From assembly GCA_046329555.1 (NCBI GenBank), contig JAXLUK010000001.1, forward strand, positions 22,855-86,854: DNA of 64,000 bases. Direction: 5' to 3'. Of the stretch, positions 30,201 through 38,782 are shown one piece after another; within the stretch, counting starts at the first letter, position 1, and the number at the start of each line of letters is the position of its first letter. A model generated the notes under the pieces. The model saw only the letters and a program-made list of their open reading frames with translations. It was not told where the DNA came from and searched no databases. A program made the translations under genes and the position numbers. The stretch comes from Chitinophagales bacterium (GTDB lineage: Bacteria > Bacteroidota > Bacteroidia > Chitinophagales > LD1).

Positions 30201-32560
30201 CTCATGGATTCGCACCAATACTAGTTGAAGAAACATCAAGGCATATGTCGGTTCAAGTGCTGGCGCCCAAATCGGTGCGGTCTCATACACATCAAAAAAT
30301 CACTGTTCGGGCTGCACCTAATGCCATGATTACACTGGCCGCCGTGGATGAAGGCATTCTGGCTATGACCGGCTACAGAACGCCTGATCCTTATGATTTC
30401 TTCTACCAAAAACGCGCCTTGAATGTGAATGCTTATGATTTGTATCCGTTGCTTTTCCCTGAGGTGAGCAGCATCAGACTGAAGACTGGTGGCGATGGAT
30501 TCAATCTAAGCAAGCGGGTCAATCCAGTGCAAAATAAAAGGGTGAAGCTGCTCACCTATTGGAGTGGCATTCGTGCTACCAATAGCAACGGCGAAGCAAC
30601 ATTTGAATTTGATTTACCGCAGTTTAGTGGTGAAGTGCGTTTGATGGCCGTTGCGTACAAAGCAAATGCATTTGGCAGCGGCGAAGCGCATATGAAGGTA
30701 GCCGACCCCATTGTTCTGGCTACGGCCTTGCCGCGCTTTGTTGCTCCCCGAGATACTATTGAGGTTCCGGTAACCATTACGAATACTACCGCATCGGCTG
30801 CTAATGTTTCGGCCAACATTAAAACTGAAGGACCATTACAAATTATTGGTCCGGCTAGCAAACAATCTTCGGTTTCAGGCAACGCAGAAACCCGGGTAAG
30901 TTTCAGACTTACCGCCAACGGCGCGATGGCTCCTGCGAAGGTGGTAGTTGAAGTGAATGGCGGCGGGCAGAAATACACCGAAGAAACCGATATCACGGTC
31001 AGGCCAGCGGCTTCCCTTCAAAAAGCTTCCGGTTCGGGATCCGTTGCGGCAAATACCGTGACCACCATAGACTGCGGTAATTCCGCCTACATCCCATCCA
31101 GCCAAAGTTATAAGTTGCTGGTAAGCAGATCACTACTTACCCAACAAGTGAAAGATCTGCGGTATCTGATTCAATATCCGTATGGCTGCACAGAACAAAC
31201 CATTTCCGCGGCGTTTCCCCAATTGTATTATGGTGATTTAAGTGCTGCCGTTGATCCTATAGTAGCTAAAAATGCCAACTATCACATTCAGGAAGCTATT
31301 AAAAAAATTAAGATGCGTCAATTATATAATGGCGGTGTTTCGCTGTGGGATCAGGGCGAAGAACAATGGTGGGCATCGGTTTATGCAGCACATTTCCTGG
31401 TAGAAACACGTAAAGCCGGTTATGAAGTTGATGAAGATTTAACGGATAAGTTGTTCCAATATCTGGAGGCGAAGCTTCGTAATAAAGAAATGATTACGTG
31501 GTACTACAACCGCAATCAAAATCGAAAAATTGCACCTCGTGAAGTGGCTTATAGCTTGTACGTGTTGGCGTTGGCTGGCAGGCAGCAAATTTCTACCATG
31601 AACTATTACCGCGAGAATCCGCAGTTGCTGACGCTTGATTCACGGTATCTGCTGGCCGCAGCCTATGCGTTATCCGGCAATAAATCGCAATACGCCGCCT
31701 TGCTGCCGCAATCGTTCGCCGGCGAAGTTTCAGATAAGGAAACCGGCGGTAGTTTTGCTTCACCCATGCGTGATGAAGCTATTGCGTTAAATGTTCTAGC
31801 AGAAACCAATCCGCAGCATCCACAGGTAACGGTAATGGCTTCGCATATTGCACAGGAGTTAAAACAACAGCCATACCTAAGCACGCAGGAACGATGCTTT
31901 GGCTTGTTAGCCTTAGGCAAGCTGGCGCGCGATTATGCCAACAGCAATAGCACAGCGCAACTCTACATAAACGGTAAAGTAGTTGCGGAAATGACAGGGA
32001 CACCTATCCTGCTAAACAGCAAAAACCTTGCTGGATCAAGATTGGAAATACGCACAAAGGGCAATCAACCTGTATTCTATAGTTTCGAGAATGAAGGTAT
32101 CACCGCCGATGGTTCATTCAAGGTTGAAGATAATTTCTTAAAAGTGCGCAAGCAGTTTTACGACCGCTACGGTCATCCAGTTAACGCCACTAATTTCACA
32201 CAGAACGATTTGATTGTGGTGGGTATTACCTTGCAAAGCGCATACAGCAGAACTATTGAAAACATAGTTGTTACAGATATGTTGCCAGCCGGTTTTGAAA
32301 TAGAAAATCCGCGCGTAAAAGAAATTCCGGGAATGGATTGGATTAAGGATGCTACACCAACATCAGCAACCGATTTCAGGGATGACCGGGTGAATATTTT
32401 CACCAATATTTATTCGGGAACAGTGCAGCACTTTTACTATGCCGTTCGCGCTGTATCGCCGGGTACGTTCACCGTAGGACCAGTTAGCGCCGATGCGATG
32501 TATGCCGGCGAATACCATTCCTACTCGGGCGGTGGCAAAATTACGGTTAAAGCGAAATAA
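27206..32560 (+). CDS. alpha-2-macroglobulin family lipoprotein with intact thioester
   Basis: MKRLLPLLLLAVLASC lipobox at ATG 27206 (within ORF 27122..32560). It has multiple MG-type beta-sandwich regions and the thioester motif YPYGCTEQ (CTEQ at 31187-31198). Confidence 0.9.
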   Translation: MKRLLPLLLLAVLASCNQNRVKLSSTNAREEVPVLGNLIFTFDRDLVPDSLLNRWDSTAYLEFTPAITGRFQWQSPYELIFSPDRELLPSTAYKAVMTSKLTARSRYHLGYSDALSFHTPWQQMIQAQGMWALPSENATQPVIQTEVVFNYPVSADAVQKHVHLFIDGKEHAYQLTQKSDAKLFRLQINDVRPDESDHGLVVQATAGLPAIGGTTGSIEETKLTSALASPYRLTITGAEANHDGTEGTIHFYTSQQPLAQDLAAAIHITPAATFKTQITEDGFLIVSDKFNAENSYNVTINPGLKGRLGGTLRDEFTQTFMFGELEPAIKFTNNKGVYLTPAGSKNIEVSLINVPKVTVSVYKIYENNLMAALRFGQSDYNYEDYYYSDNALRSEFSLGDVVYEKSIETQSLPRRGSSRLLKFDFPDALKDYKGLYRVTIRSDQQYYLSESRFVSLSDIGLISKQNADKIWVFANSIHSAQSLPGVTITVMGANNQKIGSGTTDKNGVAEITISKRDQNGFKPTMIMAKTATDFNFLPFSSTQVETSRFDVGGKNINASTLDAFIYSERDMYRPGEKINLSCIVRNSLWQSPGQVPVKMTILLPNGQELKTIRKTLNEEGSMEAAIELSPAAITGSYTVEVYTANDVLLNSTNLLVEEFMPDRIKVTASLNQPALQPGQTAQLDILAENYFGPPAANRNYEVEIQVHTKNFSPKQYPGFDFSLNTGDNFNTINREGKTDDQGRAKESWTVPAEYANNGILEAGFYTTVFDESGRPVNRKCGAAIYTQPVFVGLGSTEYYCPVNQVMQIPIIALNKDEQPVATKAHLLILKREYKTVLSKSGSYYRYESQQEVKTIVNEDIVLPAGTRQYPFIPKTSGDYEIQLSVPGVNRFVSHTFFSYGWGLESSSFDVNNEGQVDISLDKAKYKTGESAKILFKTPFNGKLLVTIETDKVLEHFYLQTEKRTASASIDIKPGFLPNAYITATLIKPHEETELPLTVAHGFAPILVEETSRHMSVQVLAPKSVRSHTHQKITVRAAPNAMITLAAVDEGILAMTGYRTPDPYDFFYQKRALNVNAYDLYPLLFPEVSSIRLKTGGDGFNLSKRVNPVQNKRVKLLTYWSGIRATNSNGEATFEFDLPQFSGEVRLMAVAYKANAFGSGEAHMKVADPIVLATALPRFVAPRDTIEVPVTITNTTASAANVSANIKTEGPLQIIGPASKQSSVSGNAETRVSFRLTANGAMAPAKVVVEVNGGGQKYTEETDITVRPAASLQKASGSGSVAANTVTTIDCGNSAYIPSSQSYKLLVSRSLLTQQVKDLRYLIQYPYGCTEQTISAAFPQLYYGDLSAAVDPIVAKNANYHIQEAIKKIKMRQLYNGGVSLWDQGEEQWWASVYAAHFLVETRKAGYEVDEDLTDKLFQYLEAKLRNKEMITWYYNRNQNRKIAPREVAYSLYVLALAGRQQISTMNYYRENPQLLTLDSRYLLAAAYALSGNKSQYAALLPQSFAGEVSDKETGGSFASPMRDEAIALNVLAETNPQHPQVTVMASHIAQELKQQPYLSTQERCFGLLALGKLARDYANSNSTAQLYINGKVVAEMTGTPILLNSKNLAGSRLEIRTKGNQPVFYSFENEGITADGSFKVEDNFLKVRKQFYDRYGHPVNATNFTQNDLIVVGITLQSAYSRTIENIVVTDMLPAGFEIENPRVKEIPGMDWIKDATPTSATDFRDDRVNIFTNIYSGTVQHFYYAVRAVSPGTFTVGPVSADAMYAGEYHSYSGGGKITVKAK

Positions 32561-33578
32561 GGAAACGAATGGTATCAACGCCATCGGCATAATCGGCAAG
32601 GCCCGGTTGCTGCGCTGTGCCAAACACTACCGTTGGAACTTCCGGTAAAACGCCAGGGGAAGCTACGACGCACTGGATTTGTGGCGCCGCCACCTGAAGG
32701 GCAGCGGTTAAGGCCTCCGTGTTTTCGTAGGTCTCGTAATATAGCACCGCAATAGGCGAAGCAATAGCGTTCTTCTCTTCCAGCATCACAAAATCGTTGG
32801 AATAGTGCTGCGTTTTATTCATCAACAAAATGGTACGATTGTAATCGTAGTTGTTCATGTACTTGGTGTGGTGATGCAACCATTGGTAACGCTCGAAATA
32901 AGGGAACAAAACACGTACATCGTAATCCTTCGGCACATACAATTTCGATACATTCCTGCATCCTAAACCAAAGTACAGGAAGATGTCATCGGCCAGCGCC
33001 TCCAGCTCCTCCTTCGTTTCGTTCCCGTTTAATACAGCCACCGAGTTGCGGTTACGTCTTAAAATAGCCGGATAATTCCTGAAATAATGTTCAAAATATC
33101 GATTGGTATTATCACTGCCCGTAGCAATAACCGCATCAAATTGCGTTAGCTTATCCACCAACTGAATCTGCTCAGAAAATCCCGGATCAATTTTTTTCAA
33201 AGAATCCAATAGATAAAGCAACAAGCCATCATCCTTGCTCGATAATTTCAATTGTGCTTTATAACCGGTAAGATAAACACAAAGGAAATCGTGAAATCCT
33301 ACCAATGGTATATTTCCTGCCATCACCAAGCCTACCCTCAGCAATTTTCTCGGTTGGTCAGGTATCGAATAGGCATTCAGCCACAACCGTAAAGCAGAAT
33401 CATTTAACATCGAACCACGAACGGCTTCCCATGCCGATTGCATAAAAGCTGGAACGAACCAAGGGTTTAAGCGCTGTCCGCCTTCAATCATAGCAGCCAA
33501 CAGAGAATCATTGTCCATTCTCTCGCCTAGTTGCGCGATATACCCGATGCGTTCTTCCAATGTGGTCATTATTCCCAT
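32547..33578 (-). CDS. LuxC-like acyl-CoA reductase family protein
   Basis: 343 aa. The N-terminal LEERIGYIAQLG pattern and overall size resemble Bacteroidota LuxC-type reductases, judged from memory only. Confidence 0.6.
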   Translation of the reverse strand: MGIMTTLEERIGYIAQLGERMDNDSLLAAMIEGGQRLNPWFVPAFMQSAWEAVRGSMLNDSALRLWLNAYSIPDQPRKLLRVGLVMAGNIPLVGFHDFLCVYLTGYKAQLKLSSKDDGLLLYLLDSLKKIDPGFSEQIQLVDKLTQFDAVIATGSDNTNRYFEHYFRNYPAILRRNRNSVAVLNGNETKEELEALADDIFLYFGLGCRNVSKLYVPKDYDVRVLFPYFERYQWLHHHTKYMNNYDYNRTILLMNKTQHYSNDFVMLEEKNAIASPIAVLYYETYENTEALTAALQVAAPQIQCVVASPGVLPEVPTVVFGTAQQPGLADYADGVDTIRFLISL

Positions 33579-33593
33579 GATTCAAAAAACTTC

Positions 33594-34097
33594 TTATCGT
33601 AACTCAACAGCTCCCCATTTTGGCACAATAAAAAATGAGAGCACTCCTTTCTGCACAACAACATCTTTCCAACTCGCTGCATGAAACAACAACCCCGCAA
33701 CACCGCCAGTGGGAACATGATCAATGCGACTATCGGTTAGTGTTGCAATAATTGAGGTGAACGAAGGATTATGCCCTACCAATAATACCGAGTTAACCTG
33801 ATCATTCAAGTCAGCAATAACGTGCAATAGATCTTCAACACTCGCTTCGTAAATGGCATTTGCCGAAGTGATCTCCTGCTCGGGGAAACCAGTTTCTTTG
33901 CAAAACAGTGCGGCCGTTTGCCTGGTGCGTTTAGTAGGACTGGCCAACACCATATCTGGCCGGAAACCCGTTTTACGCAGCTCGGCCGCCACCAAATTCA
34001 TATCGGTTTTCCGGTGCTCAGCTAAAGGACGATCAAAATCTTCCATTGCTCCCTGAGGAACCGCTTTGAGGTGACGCATGAACACCAGTGTTTTCAT
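33594..34097 (-). CDS. sixA: histidine phosphatase family protein (SixA-like)
   Basis: MKTLVFMRHLKA (the RH motif) and LLVGHNPSF in 167 aa. Confidence 0.8.
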   Translation of the reverse strand: MKTLVFMRHLKAVPQGAMEDFDRPLAEHRKTDMNLVAAELRKTGFRPDMVLASPTKRTRQTAALFCKETGFPEQEITSANAIYEASVEDLLHVIADLNDQVNSVLLVGHNPSFTSIIATLTDSRIDHVPTGGVAGLLFHAASWKDVVVQKGVLSFFIVPKWGAVELR

Positions 34098-35104
34098 AAT
34101 TCGGTGAAACGGCGTTTACCCTGAATGAAATAGGCCCATACCACTGACCCTGAAAATAAAGGAACCTGCGCTGTTATCTGCTGTCTTTTGCTTAACATCT
34201 TTCCTGCCCCTTGCAACGCATGAATATGCGCCTTGGCAATGGCCAAAAAATCAGCGGTCTTCTTGGCTTTTAGCAAACTTTGCCAGGCCGCTACTACATC
34301 TAAAATCCAGCGCAGCGGCAACTTCCACCATAATGCCGATGCCGGCAAATTCTTCATCAGCAAAAACAAATTATTGCGGAAGTTAAGATACGTTTTGCGC
34401 GGATTGCCTTGTGGTAAGCTGCCGCCACCAACGTGGTAAACAATCGATTCAGGAATCACCACAATGCGATGGCCGTAATTCCATATTCGCCAACACAAAT
34501 CAATTTCTTCCTGATGCGCAAAAAAATCTTCATCCAATCCCCCTACCTCCCAATACACTGAAGATCGTACAAACAAGGCCGCTCCGGATGCCCAGAAAAT
34601 ATCAACTATACTCTCGTATTGGCCATGATCGGGTTCTACCGTATCAAACAACCGTCCCCTGCAAAACGCATAACCCAGCGAATCCATAAATCCACCTGAT
34701 GCGCCTGCATATTCAAAACTGTTGCGTTCATGAAAAGCACGCAGTTTAGGCTGGGCCGCTGCCACTTCCGGATGTTGGTCGAGATACGAGATCAACGGTT
34801 CTAACCAACCCGCACTCACCTCTACATCCTGATTCAGCAACAAAAAATATTCGGCATCTAACTGTTTCAGTGCGTAGTTATATCCGCCTGCAAATCCTCT
34901 GTTGGCGCCGGTTTCAACAATGTGCACCGAAGGAAAACGTTCGCGAACAAAAGCTACAGAATCATCCGAAGAAGCATTATCAGCATATACTACTTGTACG
35001 CCGCTGATTTGAGAATGCTGTACAACCGAGGGTAAAAACTGTTCCAGAAAACGTTTGCCATTCCATCCCAGAATAACCACAGCTACCTTAACACGATTCG
35101 TCAT
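34094..35104 (-). CDS. family 2 glycosyltransferase
   Basis: VAVVILGWNG...ADNASSDDS...LLLNQDVEV is a GT-A fold signature. It has an ATGA overlap with the sixA-like gene. Confidence 0.85.
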   Translation of the reverse strand: MTNRVKVAVVILGWNGKRFLEQFLPSVVQHSQISGVQVVYADNASSDDSVAFVRERFPSVHIVETGANRGFAGGYNYALKQLDAEYFLLLNQDVEVSAGWLEPLISYLDQHPEVAAAQPKLRAFHERNSFEYAGASGGFMDSLGYAFCRGRLFDTVEPDHGQYESIVDIFWASGAALFVRSSVYWEVGGLDEDFFAHQEEIDLCWRIWNYGHRIVVIPESIVYHVGGGSLPQGNPRKTYLNFRNNLFLLMKNLPASALWWKLPLRWILDVVAAWQSLLKAKKTADFLAIAKAHIHALQGAGKMLSKRQQITAQVPLFSGSVVWAYFIQGKRRFTEL

Positions 35105-35111
35105 ATCTAAA

Positions 35112-36662
35112 CTACAATGGAATGTTTCCGTGTTTCTTCCTCGGCAGTTTCACCGCCTTGGTGGCACACACACTAAACGCACGTATCAGCTTCTCTCTGG
35201 TTTTCGCCGGCTCTATCACTTCATCCACAAAACCGCGGGCCGCTGCTTTGTAGGGATGCGCAAAATTGTCGGTATATACTTGCACCATCTCCTGCAACTT
35301 CGCTGCCGGATCAGATGCACTTGAAATTTCTTTTTTGAAAATAATCTCCGCCGCGCCCTTGGCTCCCATCACTGCAATTTCTGCATTGGGCCAGGCAAAA
35401 TTCATATCTGCGCCAATGTGCTTCGAATTCATCACATCGTACGCACCGCCATAAGCCTTGCGCACAATCACCGTAATTTTGGGCACGGTAGCTTCACTGA
35501 AAGCATACAATAACTTCGCACCATTAGAAATAATACCATGCCATTCCTGATCGGTACCGGGTAAAAATCCGGGAACATCCACCAAAGTCAGCAGCGGAAT
35601 ATTGAAACAATCGCAGAAGCGAACAAAGCGCGCCGCCTTCTTCGATGAATTAATATCCAGAACACCGGCCAGCACGGCTGGCTGATTGGCCACGATGCCA
35701 ATGCTGCGCCCGGCCAAACGCGCAAAGCCTACCACAATGTTCTCGGCATAGTCTTTATGCACTTCCATGAAACTCTCGGCATCGGCCAATTCAGCAATAA
35801 TATCGCGCACATCGTAGGGCTGCGAAGGATTTTCAGGAATAACGTGATTCAACTTCTCCCGGCATTCATTGCCTATCGTGTAAGGCAGCAGCGGCACGGT
35901 GTCCTCGCAATTCTGCGGCACATAACTAAACAACCGCTTGATTCCGTTGATACACTCCACCTCATTGGCGAAAGCAAAATGCGTGACGCCCGATTTGCTG
36001 GCATGTGTATGCGCACCGCCCAAATCCTCACTGGTTACATCTTCATGGGTAACTGTCTTCACCACATTCGGACCCGTCACGAACATGTACGACGTCTGTT
36101 CCACCATCGCAATAAAATCGGTCATGGCCGGTGAATACACCGCTCCGCCGGCGCATGGCCCCATTATGGCAGAAATCTGCGGCACCACACCCGAAGCCAT
36201 CACATTGCGGTAAAAAATATCGGCATAGCCGCCCAAAGAAACCACCCCTTCCTGAATACGCGCACCGCCTGAATCATTCAAACCAATCACCGGAATACCA
36301 TTCTTCATGGCCAAATCCATTATCTTCACAATCTTTTCAGCATGCGTCTCGGAAAGCGAACCGCCAAACACCGTAAAATCCTGTGAAAATACATACACCG
36401 GACGGCCCGAAATACAGCCGTAGCCGGTTACCACACCATCGCCGGCATATACTTCCTTATCAATACCAAAATCCCGTGCCCGGTGTTCTACAAACATCCC
36501 AATCTCTTCAAAAGAACCTTCATCCAATAGCAGATCGATGCGTTCCCGGGCGGTGAGTTTGCCCTTTTTATGCTGCGACGCAATGCGGTCTTTTCCACCG
36601 CCTTCCATAGCCGCCGCAGTCTTCGTTTTTAGCTGTTCCAATTGTTTCTGCATGGGGTGCAA
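35112..36662 (-). CDS. acyl-CoA carboxylase carboxyltransferase (propionyl-CoA carboxylase beta / methylmalonyl-CoA decarboxylase alpha type)
   Basis: 516 aa with the two-domain carboxyltransferase layout and the motifs [20 protein letters not shown] and AYGGAYDVM. Confidence 0.92.
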   Translation of the reverse strand: MHPMQKQLEQLKTKTAAAMEGGGKDRIASQHKKGKLTARERIDLLLDEGSFEEIGMFVEHRARDFGIDKEVYAGDGVVTGYGCISGRPVYVFSQDFTVFGGSLSETHAEKIVKIMDLAMKNGIPVIGLNDSGGARIQEGVVSLGGYADIFYRNVMASGVVPQISAIMGPCAGGAVYSPAMTDFIAMVEQTSYMFVTGPNVVKTVTHEDVTSEDLGGAHTHASKSGVTHFAFANEVECINGIKRLFSYVPQNCEDTVPLLPYTIGNECREKLNHVIPENPSQPYDVRDIIAELADAESFMEVHKDYAENIVVGFARLAGRSIGIVANQPAVLAGVLDINSSKKAARFVRFCDCFNIPLLTLVDVPGFLPGTDQEWHGIISNGAKLLYAFSEATVPKITVIVRKAYGGAYDVMNSKHIGADMNFAWPNAEIAVMGAKGAAEIIFKKEISSASDPAAKLQEMVQVYTDNFAHPYKAAARGFVDEVIEPAKTREKLIRAFSVCATKAVKLPRKKHGNIPL

Positions 36663-36666
36663 AATA

Positions 36667-36680
36667 GAAATTTAAATTTC
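36667..36680. promoter_or_regulatory. perfect 14-bp palindrome GAAATTTAAATTTC in the 35-bp divergent carboxyltransferase/nuoF intergenic region
   Basis: Read directly; the sequence is self-complementary and centred between the start codons at 36662 and 36698. Confidence 0.3.
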
Positions 36681-36697
36681 GTAACCTTGCCCTGATT

Positions 36698-38071
36698 ATG
36701 GGCATAAAAATATTACTGGAACACGCCGATGTTCCAAATATTCACACCTATGAGGTGTACCGCAGCAAGGGCGGTTATCAGTCGGTGGAAAAAGCGCTGA
36801 AAATGGCGCCGAATGATATCGTGGAAGAGGTGAAGAAAAGCGGTCTGCGCGGACGCGGCGGCGCCGGTTTTCCCACCGGCATGAAATGGAGCTTCATCGA
36901 TAAGAAAAGCGGCCGGCCGCGCCACTTGGTTTGCAATGCCGATGAAAGCGAACCGGGCACCTTCAAAGACCGCTACCTGATGGAAAAACTGCCGCACTTA
37001 CTGGTGGAAGGCATGATTTGTTCCAGCATCGCGCTGGAGGCGCATCTCTCCTATATCTACATCCGCGGTGAATACATGTGGGTGTACCGCATCCTGGAAC
37101 GCGCCATCAACGAGGCATATGCCAATGGTTGGTTAGGCAAAAATATCAAGGGCAGCGGATACGACTTAGACCTTCACGTTACCTGCGGCGCCGGCGCCTA
37201 CATCTGCGGTGAAGAAACCGCACTCATTGAGTCACTGGAAGGCAAGCGCGGCAATCCGCGCATTAAGCCGCCCTTCCCGGCTGTAGTAGGTTTGTATGGC
37301 AATCCTACCGTGGTCAACAATGTGGAAACTATCATGGACATTCCGTGGATTGTAAATCACGGCGGTGATGAATTTGCCAAAATTGGCGTGGGAAAAAGTA
37401 CAGGAACTAAACTCATTTCGGCCAGCGGCAACATCCGCAAACCGGGTGTGTATGAAATTGAATTAGGCATTACGGTAGAAGATTTTGTGATGAGCGATGA
37501 ATGGTGCGGCGGCATGCAAACCGACCGTCCGCTGAAAGCCTGCGTGCCGGGCGGCAGCTCAGTTCCTATTCTTCCGGCCAACCTGTTATTTAAAACCGCA
37601 AAAGGCGAAACCCGTCTGATGACCTACGAAAGCATGAGCGATGGTGGTTTCGCCACGGGTTCTATGATTGGCTCTGGTGGATTTATTGTTTATGACGACC
37701 GCCAGTGTATTGTGCGCAATACCTGGAATTTTTCGCGCTTCTATCACCATGAAAGCTGCGGACAATGCTCGCCTTGCCGCGAAGGTACCGGATGGCTGGA
37801 AAAAGTGACCTGGCGCCTGGAACACGGCTATGGCCGCATGGAAGACATCGATTTGCTGTGGGATATTCAGCGCAAGATTGAAGGCAATACCATTTGTCCG
37901 CTGGGCGATGCCGCCGCATGGCCGGTAGCCGCGGCGCTGCGTCATTTCCGCGATGAATTTGAATTCCACGTAAAGTACCCTGAGAAAATTAAAGACCGCA
38001 AACATTTTGAAGCTGAGCCTTGGGAAAAGGTGAAGCATCTGGTGCAAAAAGAAGTGGCAGTTTCTGCGTAA
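36698..38071 (+). CDS. nuoF: NADH-quinone oxidoreductase subunit F
   Basis: GLRGRGGAGFPTG (FMN/NADH site) and ESCGQCSPCREG (4Fe-4S) in 457 aa. Confidence 0.95.
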   Translation: MGIKILLEHADVPNIHTYEVYRSKGGYQSVEKALKMAPNDIVEEVKKSGLRGRGGAGFPTGMKWSFIDKKSGRPRHLVCNADESEPGTFKDRYLMEKLPHLLVEGMICSSIALEAHLSYIYIRGEYMWVYRILERAINEAYANGWLGKNIKGSGYDLDLHVTCGAGAYICGEETALIESLEGKRGNPRIKPPFPAVVGLYGNPTVVNNVETIMDIPWIVNHGGDEFAKIGVGKSTGTKLISASGNIRKPGVYEIELGITVEDFVMSDEWCGGMQTDRPLKACVPGGSSVPILPANLLFKTAKGETRLMTYESMSDGGFATGSMIGSGGFIVYDDRQCIVRNTWNFSRFYHHESCGQCSPCREGTGWLEKVTWRLEHGYGRMEDIDLLWDIQRKIEGNTICPLGDAAAWPVAAALRHFRDEFEFHVKYPEKIKDRKHFEAEPWEKVKHLVQKEVAVSA

Positions 38072-38090
38072 CTTTGTACGAAACAAAGCC

Positions 38091-38387
38091 GTGTTAACAC
38101 GCGATTTCATACTGCATAAACTTCGGGCTTCCTTACCGGATTTAAAGCTCTTGGGTATCACCAAAGTGGCCCTTTATGGCTCCTTCGCTCGTGGCGATCA
38201 GCACGCGCAAAGCGATATCGATATTCTGGTAGAAGTTGATTATGATCACTTTAGATTCAGCAGATATAATGAAGCTTGTGATCTGATGGAACAATTGTTT
38301 AAAGGCCAAAAAGTTTCTATAACTACCAAGGCCGGTTTGCCTGCAAAAATTGCTGCATTAGCCTTGCATGACGTAGTATATGCGTAA
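38091..38387 (+). CDS. mntA: MntA-type nucleotidyltransferase antitoxin (type VII TA)
   Basis: YGSFARGDQHAQSDIDILV is the minimal nucleotidyltransferase motif. It has a GTG start 19 nt after the nuoF stop. Confidence 0.85.
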   Translation: MLTRDFILHKLRASLPDLKLLGITKVALYGSFARGDQHAQSDIDILVEVDYDHFRFSRYNEACDLMEQLFKGQKVSITTKAGLPAKIAALALHDVVYA

Positions 38388-38727
38388 AGACTATTTACTT
38401 TTTCTGGAGACCATTCAGCAGGAGTGCCTCGATATAGAAGCCATAAAATCTAAAGGTCTCACGTTTGAAGACTTGAATAGTAACATGGAGAAAAAAAAGG
38501 CGCTCTTGTTAAGTTTACTGAATATCGGAGAATACACCAATAAAATTCCTATAGACGTCAAATTGAAATGGAGCGAAGTAGACTGGATTAAAATGGTAGG
38601 TATTCGCAATAGAATTGCGCATGATTATTTGGGCGTTGATTTGGCTATCGTTTGGAAAATTATCCAATATGATATCCCGGCCATTCTGCCGGCTCTGAAA
38701 GAAATCATCGCACAAGAACAATTTTGA
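38380..38727 (+). CDS. hepT: HepT-type HEPN (DUF86) toxin
   Basis: RNRIAHDY is the Rx4HxY HEPN motif. It overlaps the mntA-like gene by 8 nt. Confidence 0.85.
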   Translation: MRKDYLLFLETIQQECLDIEAIKSKGLTFEDLNSNMEKKKALLLSLLNIGEYTNKIPIDVKLKWSEVDWIKMVGIRNRIAHDYLGVDLAIVWKIIQYDIPAILPALKEIIAQEQF

Positions 38728-38782
38728 ATGCTGCCGCTCGCTTACTTAAAGGCAGTTAAGGTTTAATCTTCACGATAATTTT

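Noticed and set aside
19069-36697. The 17.6 kb between nuoE and nuoF considered as a genomic island inserted into the nuo operon.
   Set aside because: The content is housekeeping or metabolic (cdd, transketolase, carboxyltransferase, A2M, TonB receptor). There is no integrase, transposase, tRNA or direct-repeat boundaries, and no obvious compositional shift by eye. A rearrangement is more likely than an insertion.
37586-38164. A 192-aa minus-strand ORF, plus 36713..36997 and 37357..37581, antisense to nuoF.
   Set aside because: These lie entirely within a strongly supported nuoF coding region. Their composition is Arg/Ala/His-rich, typical of shadow frames, and they have no recognisable motifs.
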